Of a stretch of DNA of 58,757 bases, positions 10,501 to 17,678 are shown in pieces (position 1 is the stretch's first letter; each line of letters opens with the position of its first letter). The stretch spans positions 1 to 58,757 of IMG/VR virus record IMGVR_UViG_3300046697_000245. One strand, written 5' to 3'. The stretch is from a virus (Duplodnaviria > Caudoviricetes). The notes beneath the pieces are model-generated. The model searched no databases. It saw nothing but the letters and a program-made list of their open reading frames with translations, and was not told where the DNA came from. Both the position numbers and the translations under genes were made by a program.

Positions 10501-13500
10501 GATCGACCCCAGGCTCTTCTCGATCTTGTCCTTGATCGACTTCGGCGCCGCGTCCAGCAGACGTGAATCGTTAAAGACCGACCCCATCATCGCCCGTTCA
10601 ATAAAGGTTTTGCCCTCTTCGCTCAGCGACTTGCCATCGGATTCAAGGTACTGCGGACGCTCCCGCTCGGTCAGCGCGCCGTCCTGCACCATCATCTGCA
10701 ATATCTCCGGGCCCTTGCGACCCAGCACCTCGCGCAGGCTGCTGTCATCCTCATTCTGCATCGCGCTCACGGTTTGCAGGGTCTCCGGCTTCAACTTCTT
10801 CCCGGCGCTCACCGCCCGCTCGCTCACGCCCAGCGCCCCGGTCATATTCTTGTTCAGCTCAGAGCCGATCCGCTGCGCCTCGTCCAGGCTGGCTGGCCGG
10901 TCAATCTGCCGCACCAGCACCGGATATTTCATGCCGACGACCTGCTCCGGCGTCAGGCCATAAGCCGCCGCATCCCGTCTCAAGGCGTCTCGATACGTCC
11001 CACCCCGGCCCTCAGCGTAAACCCGCTGCGTGCTCATTGCCCGCGAGTTGCCGCCCAGCACAGTCCCGTCCGGCGTAATCACCGGCGGGCCGTTCACCGC
11101 GTCCGGGTTGGTATTCACCGTGTAGGCCGGGTCGTAGTTTTGCGCCTGGTCGATCACCCGGTTCTGCGCCTCTTTGCTGCGCTTGTAATCCCGCTCCTGC
11201 ACACCGGCGGGGTACTCCGGATTCGGTTCAAAGCTCTGCGCATGATGGCTGGGTGCAAGGTCGCTCGCCTCTACCAGCCGATAGATCCCCGGCAGCTTCC
11301 GGGTCGGCGTCAGCACCTCCGTCGGCCGCCCATCGTGCCCGCCCACCGCCGGGCGCACAGGCAGTTTCTCCGGTTCCCTGACCGGCTGAACGTCAGGCGT
11401 TAAGTTGGCTGGCGGCTGCGCTTGCGGCCTCGGATTCCCCAGCATCGTTTGCTCGGCGCTGTCCTGCAACACCGCGCGCCCCTGATTCTCCGGCTGCTGA
11501 CCGCTGACCGCTGACGGCTGCGCTTTCTTGTGAATCTCCTCAATCTGCTTCCCCAGCCGGTCCGCCTCCGCCTGATCGCCGCGCGCCAGAGCCTCTTTCT
11601 GCTTCTCGTAGAGCGGGTCAGTCTCCTTCATCGCGTCGGCCTGGCCCTTGGGAACCACCTGCAACTCGCTGACCTGATTCGCCTCGCCCGCCGCGCCGGT
11701 CCGCACACCATACTGGTCCGCCTGCAACCCGTTCGAAGTGATCTTGTCGCGGCTCTCCACCGGCAACTGCTGCTCGACGTTCTGCCGCACGGCGGCCAGC
11801 GCCTCCGGCGTCTCCGCGCTCACCCGCGCCCCCAGATGGTCGATATTCGTCTCGGATGGCTTGCCGCGCGCTGCCTTGTTGGCCTGGCTCTCAGCATCCT
11901 TGACGCGGCTGCCCTCCACCTGCGCTCCCGGCACCCCGGCCACCGCCTGCTCCGCCATGCCTTGCAGCTTCGGCTCCTGCTCCGTCGCCGATGCGCGTAT
12001 CTCCGCCGGCTCCGCGCTCCCCTGCACCACCGGCCGCTCCGCCTCCGGCTGACCGCTGACGGCTGACGGCTGCTCCACCGTTTCACGTGGAACGCCCGCC
12101 GGCGCGGCCAACTCACCAGCCACAAGCCGTACAGGAGCCGGCACCGGAGCCACTGGAGCTTCACCACCGCCTGCCCGCCGCCCGCCAACCGTCAGCGACG
12201 CCGTGGGTCGTCCAGGCACCACCACACTGCCCTCTTCAGGGCTGTAAGAACCTTCCGGACCCGGCGCACGATAAGCTGGGCGGTAACCGGCACGCGCCTC
12301 GACCGGCCCCACACCTACGCGCACACCGCGCTCGCCGTAAGCTCCGGTGTAGCCTTTTCCCTTTGCGCCGAGACCACCGCCCAAAATGGCTCCCACATCT
12401 CCCGCCAGAGCCACGGTGTTAGCACTGGCTCCAATGGTTTGAGCGGCTTTGCTCGCCACCAGGCTGCCAATCGTTCCAAAAACCAGAACCGACGCCGTTA
12501 CTGGAGCATTTATAGCGGCGCCCGCTGCCATGGCCGGCTTGCCAAACGTCTCCATCGCTCCACTGACCGCCTGATGCGCGCCGCCTTCTCGCTCATCAAA
12601 GCTACGCGGGCGAATGCCCTTTCCGGCCAGTACGCGTACTACACCATCCGCTTCCAACTCAGGATACATTGCCGAGACCTTGGCGTAGGCGTCTCCGTAA
12701 TCCTGATCGGTCAACACTCGCATCCCGGCATCGAGGTTCTTTAAGCCTTCAATCGGATGGTAGGGAAGATCGATATGCTCTTCACGCGCAATCCGTGCGG
12801 CCTCGCTCTCGGTCGGTTCCAGGTGCAGCCCGCTAGATACCCCAGGAGCCATATCTTGCAGCGTGTGTCCGGCTTGGCTGTTAGCAAGCCACTCCCGCGC
12901 TTGCTCCAGCTTGCCCTGCTCCGGCGCGGCGCTCAGTTCTGCCTGCTCATGCCCGCGGCCAATCACCGGCGCGGATGGCACCAGTTGCGGCCCACCCTGG
13001 GCTGGCTCTAACGGCACCGCTGGCGCGGGCGTGGGCTTGAATGCATCTTGTGTGCCCAGCGCGGCGCGCGTCCTCTGCTGCAACTCCTCAGCGGCATTCT
13101 GCGGCACGGCCTTTTGCGGGTTCACAAAGGCGCTGGAGGTCATCTTGCTCTGGTCTGCCGGTCGCTGCGCGGGCGCGGGCATCAACTGCAGCCCCTGCCG
13201 CACCATCGGCGGCCGTGCGCGATCGATGGCTTCAACGCCGTAAAGCTGGCCCAGACTGCTCGCCGCTCCCGGCTGTGCCCCAGCCAAAGGCGCGGGCGGC
13301 GCTGTTGGCGCGCTCGGCGTGGCCACGGCCTGTGGTCCTGCGGTCGGCGTCGGCGCGGGAACTGGCGCGGGTGGTGCTTTCGTTTTTAGTGAAGCGATGT
13401 AAGTAGCATACGGATCATCCGCCGGCGTTGGCGGCGTTGGCGGCGCTTTCGTTTTCAGTGAAGCGATGTAGGCAGCATACGGATCTTGCGGTGGCGGCAT

Positions 13501-13572
13501 CCCGCCTGGGGGCGCATTGCTTGCCGTAACTGGTTGTACCGAAGCGTCCACTGTGCCCCCCTTGACTTTCAA
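4534..13572 (-). CDS. Giant (~3000 aa) polyvalent internal-virion/ejection protein: RelA/SpoT-like, DdrB-type ParB-like, SH3/Tudor-like, permuted HAD and zincin-like domains
   Basis: Last of three ejection-type ORFs. Motifs: SRVK...S...K, DHLGARV, ELQ; YRLVEASDL.PSH...QERDY...GPPV...G.VLGGNSR; DLDGTL; EEAWH. Real start is probably GTG at 13551 (SD AAGGGGG). Confidence 0.8.
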   Translation of the reverse strand: MKVKGGTVDASVQPVTASNAPPGGMPPPQDPYAAYIASLKTKAPPTPPTPADDPYATYIASLKTKAPPAPVPAPTPTAGPQAVATPSAPTAPPAPLAGAQPGAASSLGQLYGVEAIDRARPPMVRQGLQLMPAPAQRPADQSKMTSSAFVNPQKAVPQNAAEELQQRTRAALGTQDAFKPTPAPAVPLEPAQGGPQLVPSAPVIGRGHEQAELSAAPEQGKLEQAREWLANSQAGHTLQDMAPGVSSGLHLEPTESEAARIAREEHIDLPYHPIEGLKNLDAGMRVLTDQDYGDAYAKVSAMYPELEADGVVRVLAGKGIRPRSFDEREGGAHQAVSGAMETFGKPAMAAGAAINAPVTASVLVFGTIGSLVASKAAQTIGASANTVALAGDVGAILGGGLGAKGKGYTGAYGERGVRVGVGPVEARAGYRPAYRAPGPEGSYSPEEGSVVVPGRPTASLTVGGRRAGGGEAPVAPVPAPVRLVAGELAAPAGVPRETVEQPSAVSGQPEAERPVVQGSAEPAEIRASATEQEPKLQGMAEQAVAGVPGAQVEGSRVKDAESQANKAARGKPSETNIDHLGARVSAETPEALAAVRQNVEQQLPVESRDKITSNGLQADQYGVRTGAAGEANQVSELQVVPKGQADAMKETDPLYEKQKEALARGDQAEADRLGKQIEEIHKKAQPSAVSGQQPENQGRAVLQDSAEQTMLGNPRPQAQPPANLTPDVQPVREPEKLPVRPAVGGHDGRPTEVLTPTRKLPGIYRLVEASDLAPSHHAQSFEPNPEYPAGVQERDYKRSKEAQNRVIDQAQNYDPAYTVNTNPDAVNGPPVITPDGTVLGGNSRAMSTQRVYAEGRGGTYRDALRRDAAAYGLTPEQVVGMKYPVLVRQIDRPASLDEAQRIGSELNKNMTGALGVSERAVSAGKKLKPETLQTVSAMQNEDDSSLREVLGRKGPEILQMMVQDGALTERERPQYLESDGKSLSEEGKTFIERAMMGSVFNDSRLLDAAPKSIKDKIEKSLGSISAIGSRPDEWNLIYAVRPALLRAVAEHTTIARNGSTVELTVNQRSIFGPGRNPVVDALVKVLDEKPNAVRTRFQNFATDAKQNLPGATRMFGGGEAFDAFNHAFGSTLTDEEFHHGIADLNQSDTLAAAGQPQQAAGAGRGAVGAGASRGNAGEVRASAGPVQPAGAPRPTAPTTAGSGSAPAAEVEWRPPNGQTNKIALPVEVRNKVDGSWVSGTARHYSRPTNGIPGLVRVDLADGSTLRDIPAKYVRWPEKQAAGGDAGSTVPPIGAPIDGDIAKLVRERIDKGLPVKIFTRRISREPVEANRRAVDAAIREQFGVSLPITDVKDAGDGAIYDDSSNVEHNTGRILSHTTNPGDEGKPILVDLDGTLRKAEPSGATSPAMPPGGEAVARSQDVAYTDAGRTGSVSAAGGVRNAGEAGNRVPSPRSAGESEVLRIARFTKAKDAAKGRGLHENAVAARPEAVDAAGRRAVALDADSAVLWHRAFAKMTDSAGRNPLGAGQDWLGMTLPEHVSRTGAAIMREAAAAARKDGRNTAADGYDRMAKALAAAKGEDGLTTVLRGDYRDDTAREEAWHGWAIRHELMNSDAMREIATRPEVAEMAARLRKLGYGAGDPAAAQWEMAHELLAKPLAGDPALDATEAERVDVAHAFLTAAVDEFGPEILDDMPPVERSMQRIIDELKGADYGREYDQRIPGGAEPEARERVRPDSGKAFAGDAAAETGRVSREPGAGTRPTAKGDERGAARAGAKEGELKSSRPPSAVSDQQVPAARSGFFQRMRARRAGFVPLQGEAVALPGFEGAVREREAVTALDAELADLHTQHDKAARAYSAAPEGTAQFARANDELDRLDADIERLEEHIRLRHVAQARNLSETGLQLSDRLLAPRPSISGAAGRMERESPLFAGTEAGGMASLFQKQLSAISDQWSDLDKAPTWFLKSARVGETRLGDHAKLKVEQVGNGYEVQDADGSPVKFFGSNSVFRMDQAKMAAEEYKTHLAGPDMTVPYLPVTDAMRQSAMQQGFPMFQRAGEAARATAGREAGATPSKLDTSHALEDAISELAKLPKRSMTMKERVTAASDAGRDAFGTGRTKLQGALGAVHGASVGAWSSWSKPAPWTDYFKNLGDLRGAEFKSAMDVDTYQKELKRVAPSERERNAITVFSEAKDEQELKRWAAEVRHMANPAAQKRLQDFRDALRLTPEQKAVAAAHRDYFDQQLKILIDAGLLPAGASHYAMHMYASDPAMLGNIRAAASLSELAPSPGFLKERVWPNFFEALAHGEDPKTMDAGKILSAYHDSFTKAFMTRGFVKSLLTGTVEKPKVYTELPTGFEPISLKDDDGKDMWYVKGPEDTLFTNKGQTQETAIKEVLDYLNQHEKLKPIAVLESRAGWTMLDKDASGDARIVQQPKRPLDMNDYVRLPYSQLKNFEWEMTEADRKMLVPGYDKMSETEQGKLFGPEDTHFPVPADKRAAMRGDLLIHKDYAGRISDLLAESWLKTPSEHAAVNVMKAGLRGTQTAGAKVKGAILYGSGFHQVQLGTHALDHFINPFSVPDLKVLAKDQQVLEGVKHGLELLHIDPEGVLSGLPGMQSYKRYLFRDWIPRLKGKAYKIIDDRNMNRYGGVRPGHAAKMTPDEIHAMSASQTNAAFSGQDPAFFRHLDFMSGRTWKAAEHLLTFSPDFTKARAQFVAQGFSKYGGEQRLALIRGAVLMYATCRIVNAAINHDKGMAGGYWKPEDAFAVVTPERWGSVMGGKRISLRTVYGDIAGLITDPVEWGYNRLNPVTVRPTIEFITGRDNFGRQETKSSFFKNYAKQSTPIPVQKVLNTSSEGLVDGFFTAMGLQMNNYRTPLERQAAKMRIANIPDKPQDEDKQAESRRIVQEVMKLRKAGAVGADTSSWPDEAQKELGAGKWTDSEFETIVKRAGMTALQYDVDHLGMDDALEIWKRADAGEKEEMKKIMQTKGTNSIKEVGEKRAAAADGLMARLDKAGIEY
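12079..12094. promoter_or_regulatory. parS-like palindrome inside the giant gene
   Basis: CGTTTCACGTGGAACG matches the 14-bp core of the widespread chromosomal parS consensus TGTTNCACGTGAAACA. Confidence 0.7.
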
Positions 13573-13590
13573 TCATCCCCGGCTTATTAT
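13562..13590 (+). promoter_or_regulatory. sigma70-type promoter of the antisense moron
   Basis: TTGACT-17 bp-TATTAT, followed by SD GAGGTG and ATG at 13609. Confidence 0.75.
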
Positions 13591-13608
13591 CTGTTACCGA
13601 GGTGTTTC

Positions 13609-13956
13609 ATGCGCATTCGCTTGTTTGTAACCGCTCTCGCCTACGCCGTCTTTCTGCTCGCTCTGCTGGTCTTCCCACCCTTCCATGACGGCCTCCACCA
13701 TCTTTACACCTGGCGGCCTGCCGGTCTCCAGATCGAGGCCATGGTGCCCGATTGGGTCTCTCCCGGCTGGTATCTCGCTCACGTGGAATCCTTGACCCTT
13801 CCTGACCTTTTCCGCCTTCGCTTTGAAGCTCTTATCGGCCTGGTCTCAGCCGCGCTTCTCTTTCTGCTGCTTGAACTCACCGCCCGCTGGCGCTCCTGTT
13901 CTCCTAATTTGTGCCACTGGCGCACACTGCATGGCTTCCTCTTCCACACCCCGTAG
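13609..13956 (+). CDS. Two-TM membrane protein, moron antisense to the late operon
   Basis: Own promoter and SD; two hydrophobic segments; fills the gap between two ejection genes. Confidence 0.7.
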   Translation: MRIRLFVTALAYAVFLLALLVFPPFHDGLHHLYTWRPAGLQIEAMVPDWVSPGWYLAHVESLTLPDLFRLRFEALIGLVSAALLFLLLELTARWRSCSPNLCHWRTLHGFLFHTP

Positions 13957-13962
13957 AACGTG

Positions 13963-15432
13963 TTATGGAATCACGGTATGTCCAAGAGACGCGGCGTGCT
14001 CAATGATCTGTCTGTCCGTCTTGCCTTTATTCACCGGAAATGTGCGCGCTACGGATATTGGTATCCCAGGTTCCGCCGCCGCCGCCGGTGCCGAAGGTAC
14101 TGCGGTTCCGGCCGTCGCGCTGGCATCCGCGCCCGCCGCTCTTGTGCTCGCGAGCTGTCCATCCGGTTTGATCTCATAACCCATCTTCGATAGCTTGACG
14201 TTGTAACTCTTTCTGATCTGGTCGGCGGCGTTGACGTACTCTTCATTTGTCATGCTTTTATTTGTGTAATTATTACGCCATCTCCCTGTCGTTGGGTTCT
14301 GTATGAATCCAGCACGAAACTTTTCTAACTCGCCGCCAGCCTTTGCCCAAAGAGACTGAGCAACATCCTCGTTTTGCCCGCCACCCCCCGCCCTGCCGCT
14401 CGCATCTCTCACCACGCCCATGTATTCTTCATAGTTAAGTTTTCCGCCTTTCTCCTTCTCTTTGAGAGCCACACCGCGCGCCACGTTGATCTCTTCGGCT
14501 GTAGCCTGCCGCTGCTCACCGGGCTTCGGCATCTCTCCCGTCAGCAAGTAATGTGCCTGCGCTGCATCGCGCTGCGCCGCCGGCACCAGGTTAGCCACTG
14601 TTGGCCACAGCTGCTGCCGGTCAGCAAACATCGCCGCATCCTTCGCGGTCTGCTCACTCCCGGCCGCCGCCCCCTTGGCCTCCGGCGTGCTGTTGAGCTC
14701 CGACGCGCCCTTATTGCGCTCCTCCGCTGACTTGTTCAACTCGGTTGCCTGGAACTTGCGGCGCTCAATCGCGCTTTTCAGGGACTCAGTCATTGCCGGC
14801 CGCGCCGCTTCATCATAGGCCAGTGTCGCCGTCCGATCAGCCTCCGCCTGGTCGTACTTTTCATTAGGAGCGCCATACGCTTTTCCTCCCGGCTCCGCGC
14901 CGGGGCTGATTGCGCCATAAAGAGCTCCGGGTATTCCGTGCAAGGCTAATCCGACGCCGGCTCCTCTCAGGCCCCTCAAGATGCGTCGCCCCATGCTGGC
15001 CTGAAAGTTGGGGAGCGGTTTTCCGTCCGCATCCGTGCCGCCATGAAGTATCTTTCCCGTGCCTACACCCATATCCCCATCAGGCCGGTTCTCACGCATT
15101 TGTGTCGGTCTGTGTTCCTGTAGAATCTTCGTGTCCAGCGCGCTCAACTGTGAGGTGTCGGGCTGATAGTTAGCCGCCTGCTCGGCAGTCGTCAGGTCGG
15201 CATTCGCCGCCGCCACCTGATCAGCCGCCGTCAGCGCCGAGCCGCCCGTCATCCGTGGCGGCGCTGATGGCTGCGGGCTGTTGGCTGTTTCCTGCTCTGC
15301 CGGCCACGCCGCCCATTTTGATGCCACAAGCCGAGGCTTCAGCTGCTCCTCCGGATCCAGCGGGCTGCCCGCGCTGGGATACTCTCCATCTGGATCGTAT
15401 TGGGTCAGGTTGCTCGCAAAGTTATTACCCAT
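13963..15432 (-). CDS. Probable DNA-ejection protein (489 aa)
   Basis: Position before the giant gene; Gly/Ala-rich hydrophobic stretch followed by helical, charged sequence. Confidence 0.6.
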   Translation of the reverse strand: MGNNFASNLTQYDPDGEYPSAGSPLDPEEQLKPRLVASKWAAWPAEQETANSPQPSAPPRMTGGSALTAADQVAAANADLTTAEQAANYQPDTSQLSALDTKILQEHRPTQMRENRPDGDMGVGTGKILHGGTDADGKPLPNFQASMGRRILRGLRGAGVGLALHGIPGALYGAISPGAEPGGKAYGAPNEKYDQAEADRTATLAYDEAARPAMTESLKSAIERRKFQATELNKSAEERNKGASELNSTPEAKGAAAGSEQTAKDAAMFADRQQLWPTVANLVPAAQRDAAQAHYLLTGEMPKPGEQRQATAEEINVARGVALKEKEKGGKLNYEEYMGVVRDASGRAGGGGQNEDVAQSLWAKAGGELEKFRAGFIQNPTTGRWRNNYTNKSMTNEEYVNAADQIRKSYNVKLSKMGYEIKPDGQLASTRAAGADASATAGTAVPSAPAAAAEPGIPISVARTFPVNKGKTDRQIIEHAASLGHTVIP

Positions 15433-15521
15433 CAGATTCTCCCTTCATGGAGGTGAACCACCTCTCCGCCTTCTTGTGCGCGGCATTGAAGATCAGCCGG
15501 AAGATAGTTGCAGCCACAATT

Positions 15522-16082
15522 TTATCCTTGCGACATCGACCCATACGGACCTCCTTTTTCCCAGTAATCGGCAACTGGATTTTTAACAGCGGCAGCCTTC
15601 CCTTCGGTAGCCAATGCCTCTTGTGACAATGCGCCCTGCTGATTCGCCAGATTGCCCTGCATCTGCGGCAAAGCCTGGTAACCGCTTAGCGTCTTCTCGT
15701 TGTAACCCGCCTCTGCGCCGATGCGCTGCTGGTTGGCTGTGGCCTCTGCCTCGCCCAAAGTGCGCTGGCCCTGCTGCGCCACCTGCTCACTGGCCGCTAT
15801 CGCCTGCGCCGGGTTCGCTCCGCCATGCACAGCGGCGTCCTGCAACACCTGCGCGTTCGCGTTGGCGCCGGCGTTGGCAGTGTTGGCCAGCACCTGGTTC
15901 TGGCTGGTCGAGTACTCGCCGCCCTGCACATAGGGGTTTGCCCCGGAAAACTTCGCCAGTTGCGACTGGTATGTGCCAATGTCATTCTGCGCCGCGGTGA
16001 ACCCACTCTTCGCATCGGCATTATAACTCTGATTCTGCGAATTCGACTGACTTACAACATTTCCAATATCGCCTCTGCTCAT
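15522..16082 (-). CDS. Probable small DNA-ejection/pilot protein (186 aa)
   Basis: Ala/Gln/Asn/Gly-rich; SD GGAGG before MSRGDIG; podovirus-like gene order. Confidence 0.6.
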   Translation of the reverse strand: MSRGDIGNVVSQSNSQNQSYNADAKSGFTAAQNDIGTYQSQLAKFSGANPYVQGGEYSTSQNQVLANTANAGANANAQVLQDAAVHGGANPAQAIAASEQVAQQGQRTLGEAEATANQQRIGAEAGYNEKTLSGYQALPQMQGNLANQQGALSQEALATEGKAAAVKNPVADYWEKGGPYGSMSQG

Positions 16083-16122
16083 CTTCGCCTCCTGCTTGCG
16101 GTTAGGAAACTGATCATTTCTC

Positions 16123-16554
16123 TCACAGCCCCCGGTAAAAGTGAGCCAGGTAATCATCAAGCCGGTGCATTCCCATGCGGTCTTTCAAAGCTGCTTCCAG
16201 CGCGGCCAGATGGCGGCGCGGCGGCAGAATATGCAAATCCCTGTAACCCAGCCGGCGCAGCTCGTAGAAGATGCCCGGCGCTTCGTCCAGCACGGCGTCA
16301 AGCTCCTGCGCGCCGCCGCCAAAGCTCATGTACTCCAGCGTCCGCTCAAAGATGTGCGCCGCCGCCAGCCGCCCGCGGCTGTCAATCTCCGCCAGCGCCA
16401 GCGGCACATCCGCCAGCAGCTTTCCCGCGGCGTCGAAGATGCGCGGCACCCCGTAGCTGGTCCCGTCGCGACGGTTCTGCGCCGCGCAATGCCGCCGCGC
16501 CTGCGCCAGGTCTCGCGGCTCCAGCTCCCGGAATGTGAATCGCTCGCCCACCAC
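16123..16554 (-). CDS. GNAT-fold-like virion-associated protein
   Basis: FTFRELEPRDL start and AEIDSRGRLAAA strand-turn pattern; sits between tail and ejection genes as in many podoviruses. Confidence 0.5.
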   Translation of the reverse strand: MVGERFTFRELEPRDLAQARRHCAAQNRRDGTSYGVPRIFDAAGKLLADVPLALAEIDSRGRLAAAHIFERTLEYMSFGGGAQELDAVLDEAPGIFYELRRLGYRDLHILPPRRHLAALEAALKDRMGMHRLDDYLAHFYRGL

Positions 16555-16558
16555 TCCC

Positions 16559-16840
16559 TCACTGCTTCTTTTCAATCTTCTTGGCCACGCCATGCCGCCG
16601 AGCATAAGCGTGTGTGTGCGCGGCGCTTCCCTCAAGCTCCGCTATCTCCTGCCGGATAATCGCGTGCGGATCAATCTCGCCGGTCTCGGTCTTCGGCTTT
16701 ACATGGCCGCAGAGCGGGCAGCTATCATGTCCCAGGTAGATGCTCACATGATGCTGCGCGCCCGTCTGCGATTCCTCCAGCACCACATAATGCCGCTTCA
16801 GGGCCATGTCCACGTGTTCGCTCTTCTTTTCCCAGCTCAT
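16559..16840 (-). CDS. Hypothetical protein with CPLCGH motif (93 aa)
   Basis: ATGA coupling to the upstream gene. Confidence 0.65.
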   Translation of the reverse strand: MSWEKKSEHVDMALKRHYVVLEESQTGAQHHVSIYLGHDSCPLCGHVKPKTETGEIDPHAIIRQEIAELEGSAAHTHAYARRHGVAKKIEKKQ

Positions 16841-17652
16841 ATCGTTGTCAGCCTCCCGCCATTGCCGCCTTGCGCTCCGCCGCCGCCCGCCGCTCCGTTC
16901 ACGTTCCACTCTCCCACCGGCTCCCAATCGTCTTTCATCACTCCGGCGAGCGTGGGACTGGCGTGATACTCGCGGCCATCGTAAGCAATTACACCCTTTG
17001 TGCTGCCGGATGGGTTGATGATGGTCGCGGATGGACGTGTTACCTCCTGACCGCCAACAACCCGTACATAACCCGTGTAAGGTCCACCCGGACCACTGAC
17101 GGTTACCGTGGTGCTCACTCCGCCCCCAGGACTGGAACTTGCATTCACATTGGCGTAGTTAGTTTGGTTCAGCGCCAATGCGGCCACGCTCGCCGCGCTG
17201 GTCATCTTCCCCGCACTCACCGGCTGGGTTCCTGCGGCCTCGTATGCTGACCAGTTCTTTCCATCAAAACTCGATCTCCGCCGAAAATGCGCTGTCACCC
17301 CCGGCTGTGGAATTGTGATCTGCGAAGCTGTTGTCGGCGGCATCGTCGTCACCGGCGTGGTAAAACTCTTGGTCGCGGACCAGCTTACCTCGTGCCATAC
17401 CGTTCGCCCGTTCTGGCTTCCATTGTTGATCTGGACGGTGTGCGCTCCGTTTGCCCCGGTCACCGCCATGCTGACTCCGGCCGGAGCGGCCTGGCCGCCG
17501 GGCGTCAAAGCATTCTCGTTGGTGGCCATCTGCCCCTGCACCAGTCCCTCCGCCAGCCCGCGAAAGTCCTCCGCCGCGGCTCCATCCGTCTTGGCGATCG
17601 CGGCGCGCACATTCTCTATCTGCGCGGCAAATGGCATCGGGTTGCTAGGCAT
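16837..17652 (-). CDS. Virion/tail-associated protein with an FN3-like beta domain
   Basis: SD GGAGGG; Thr/Gly/Ser-rich beta sequence; follows the large tail gene. Confidence 0.6.
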   Translation of the reverse strand: MPSNPMPFAAQIENVRAAIAKTDGAAAEDFRGLAEGLVQGQMATNENALTPGGQAAPAGVSMAVTGANGAHTVQINNGSQNGRTVWHEVSWSATKSFTTPVTTMPPTTASQITIPQPGVTAHFRRRSSFDGKNWSAYEAAGTQPVSAGKMTSAASVAALALNQTNYANVNASSSPGGGVSTTVTVSGPGGPYTGYVRVVGGQEVTRPSATIINPSGSTKGVIAYDGREYHASPTLAGVMKDDWEPVGEWNVNGAAGGGGAQGGNGGRLTTI

Positions 17653-17678
17653 TTCCCCTCCCGTGCTTTGTGACTGAC

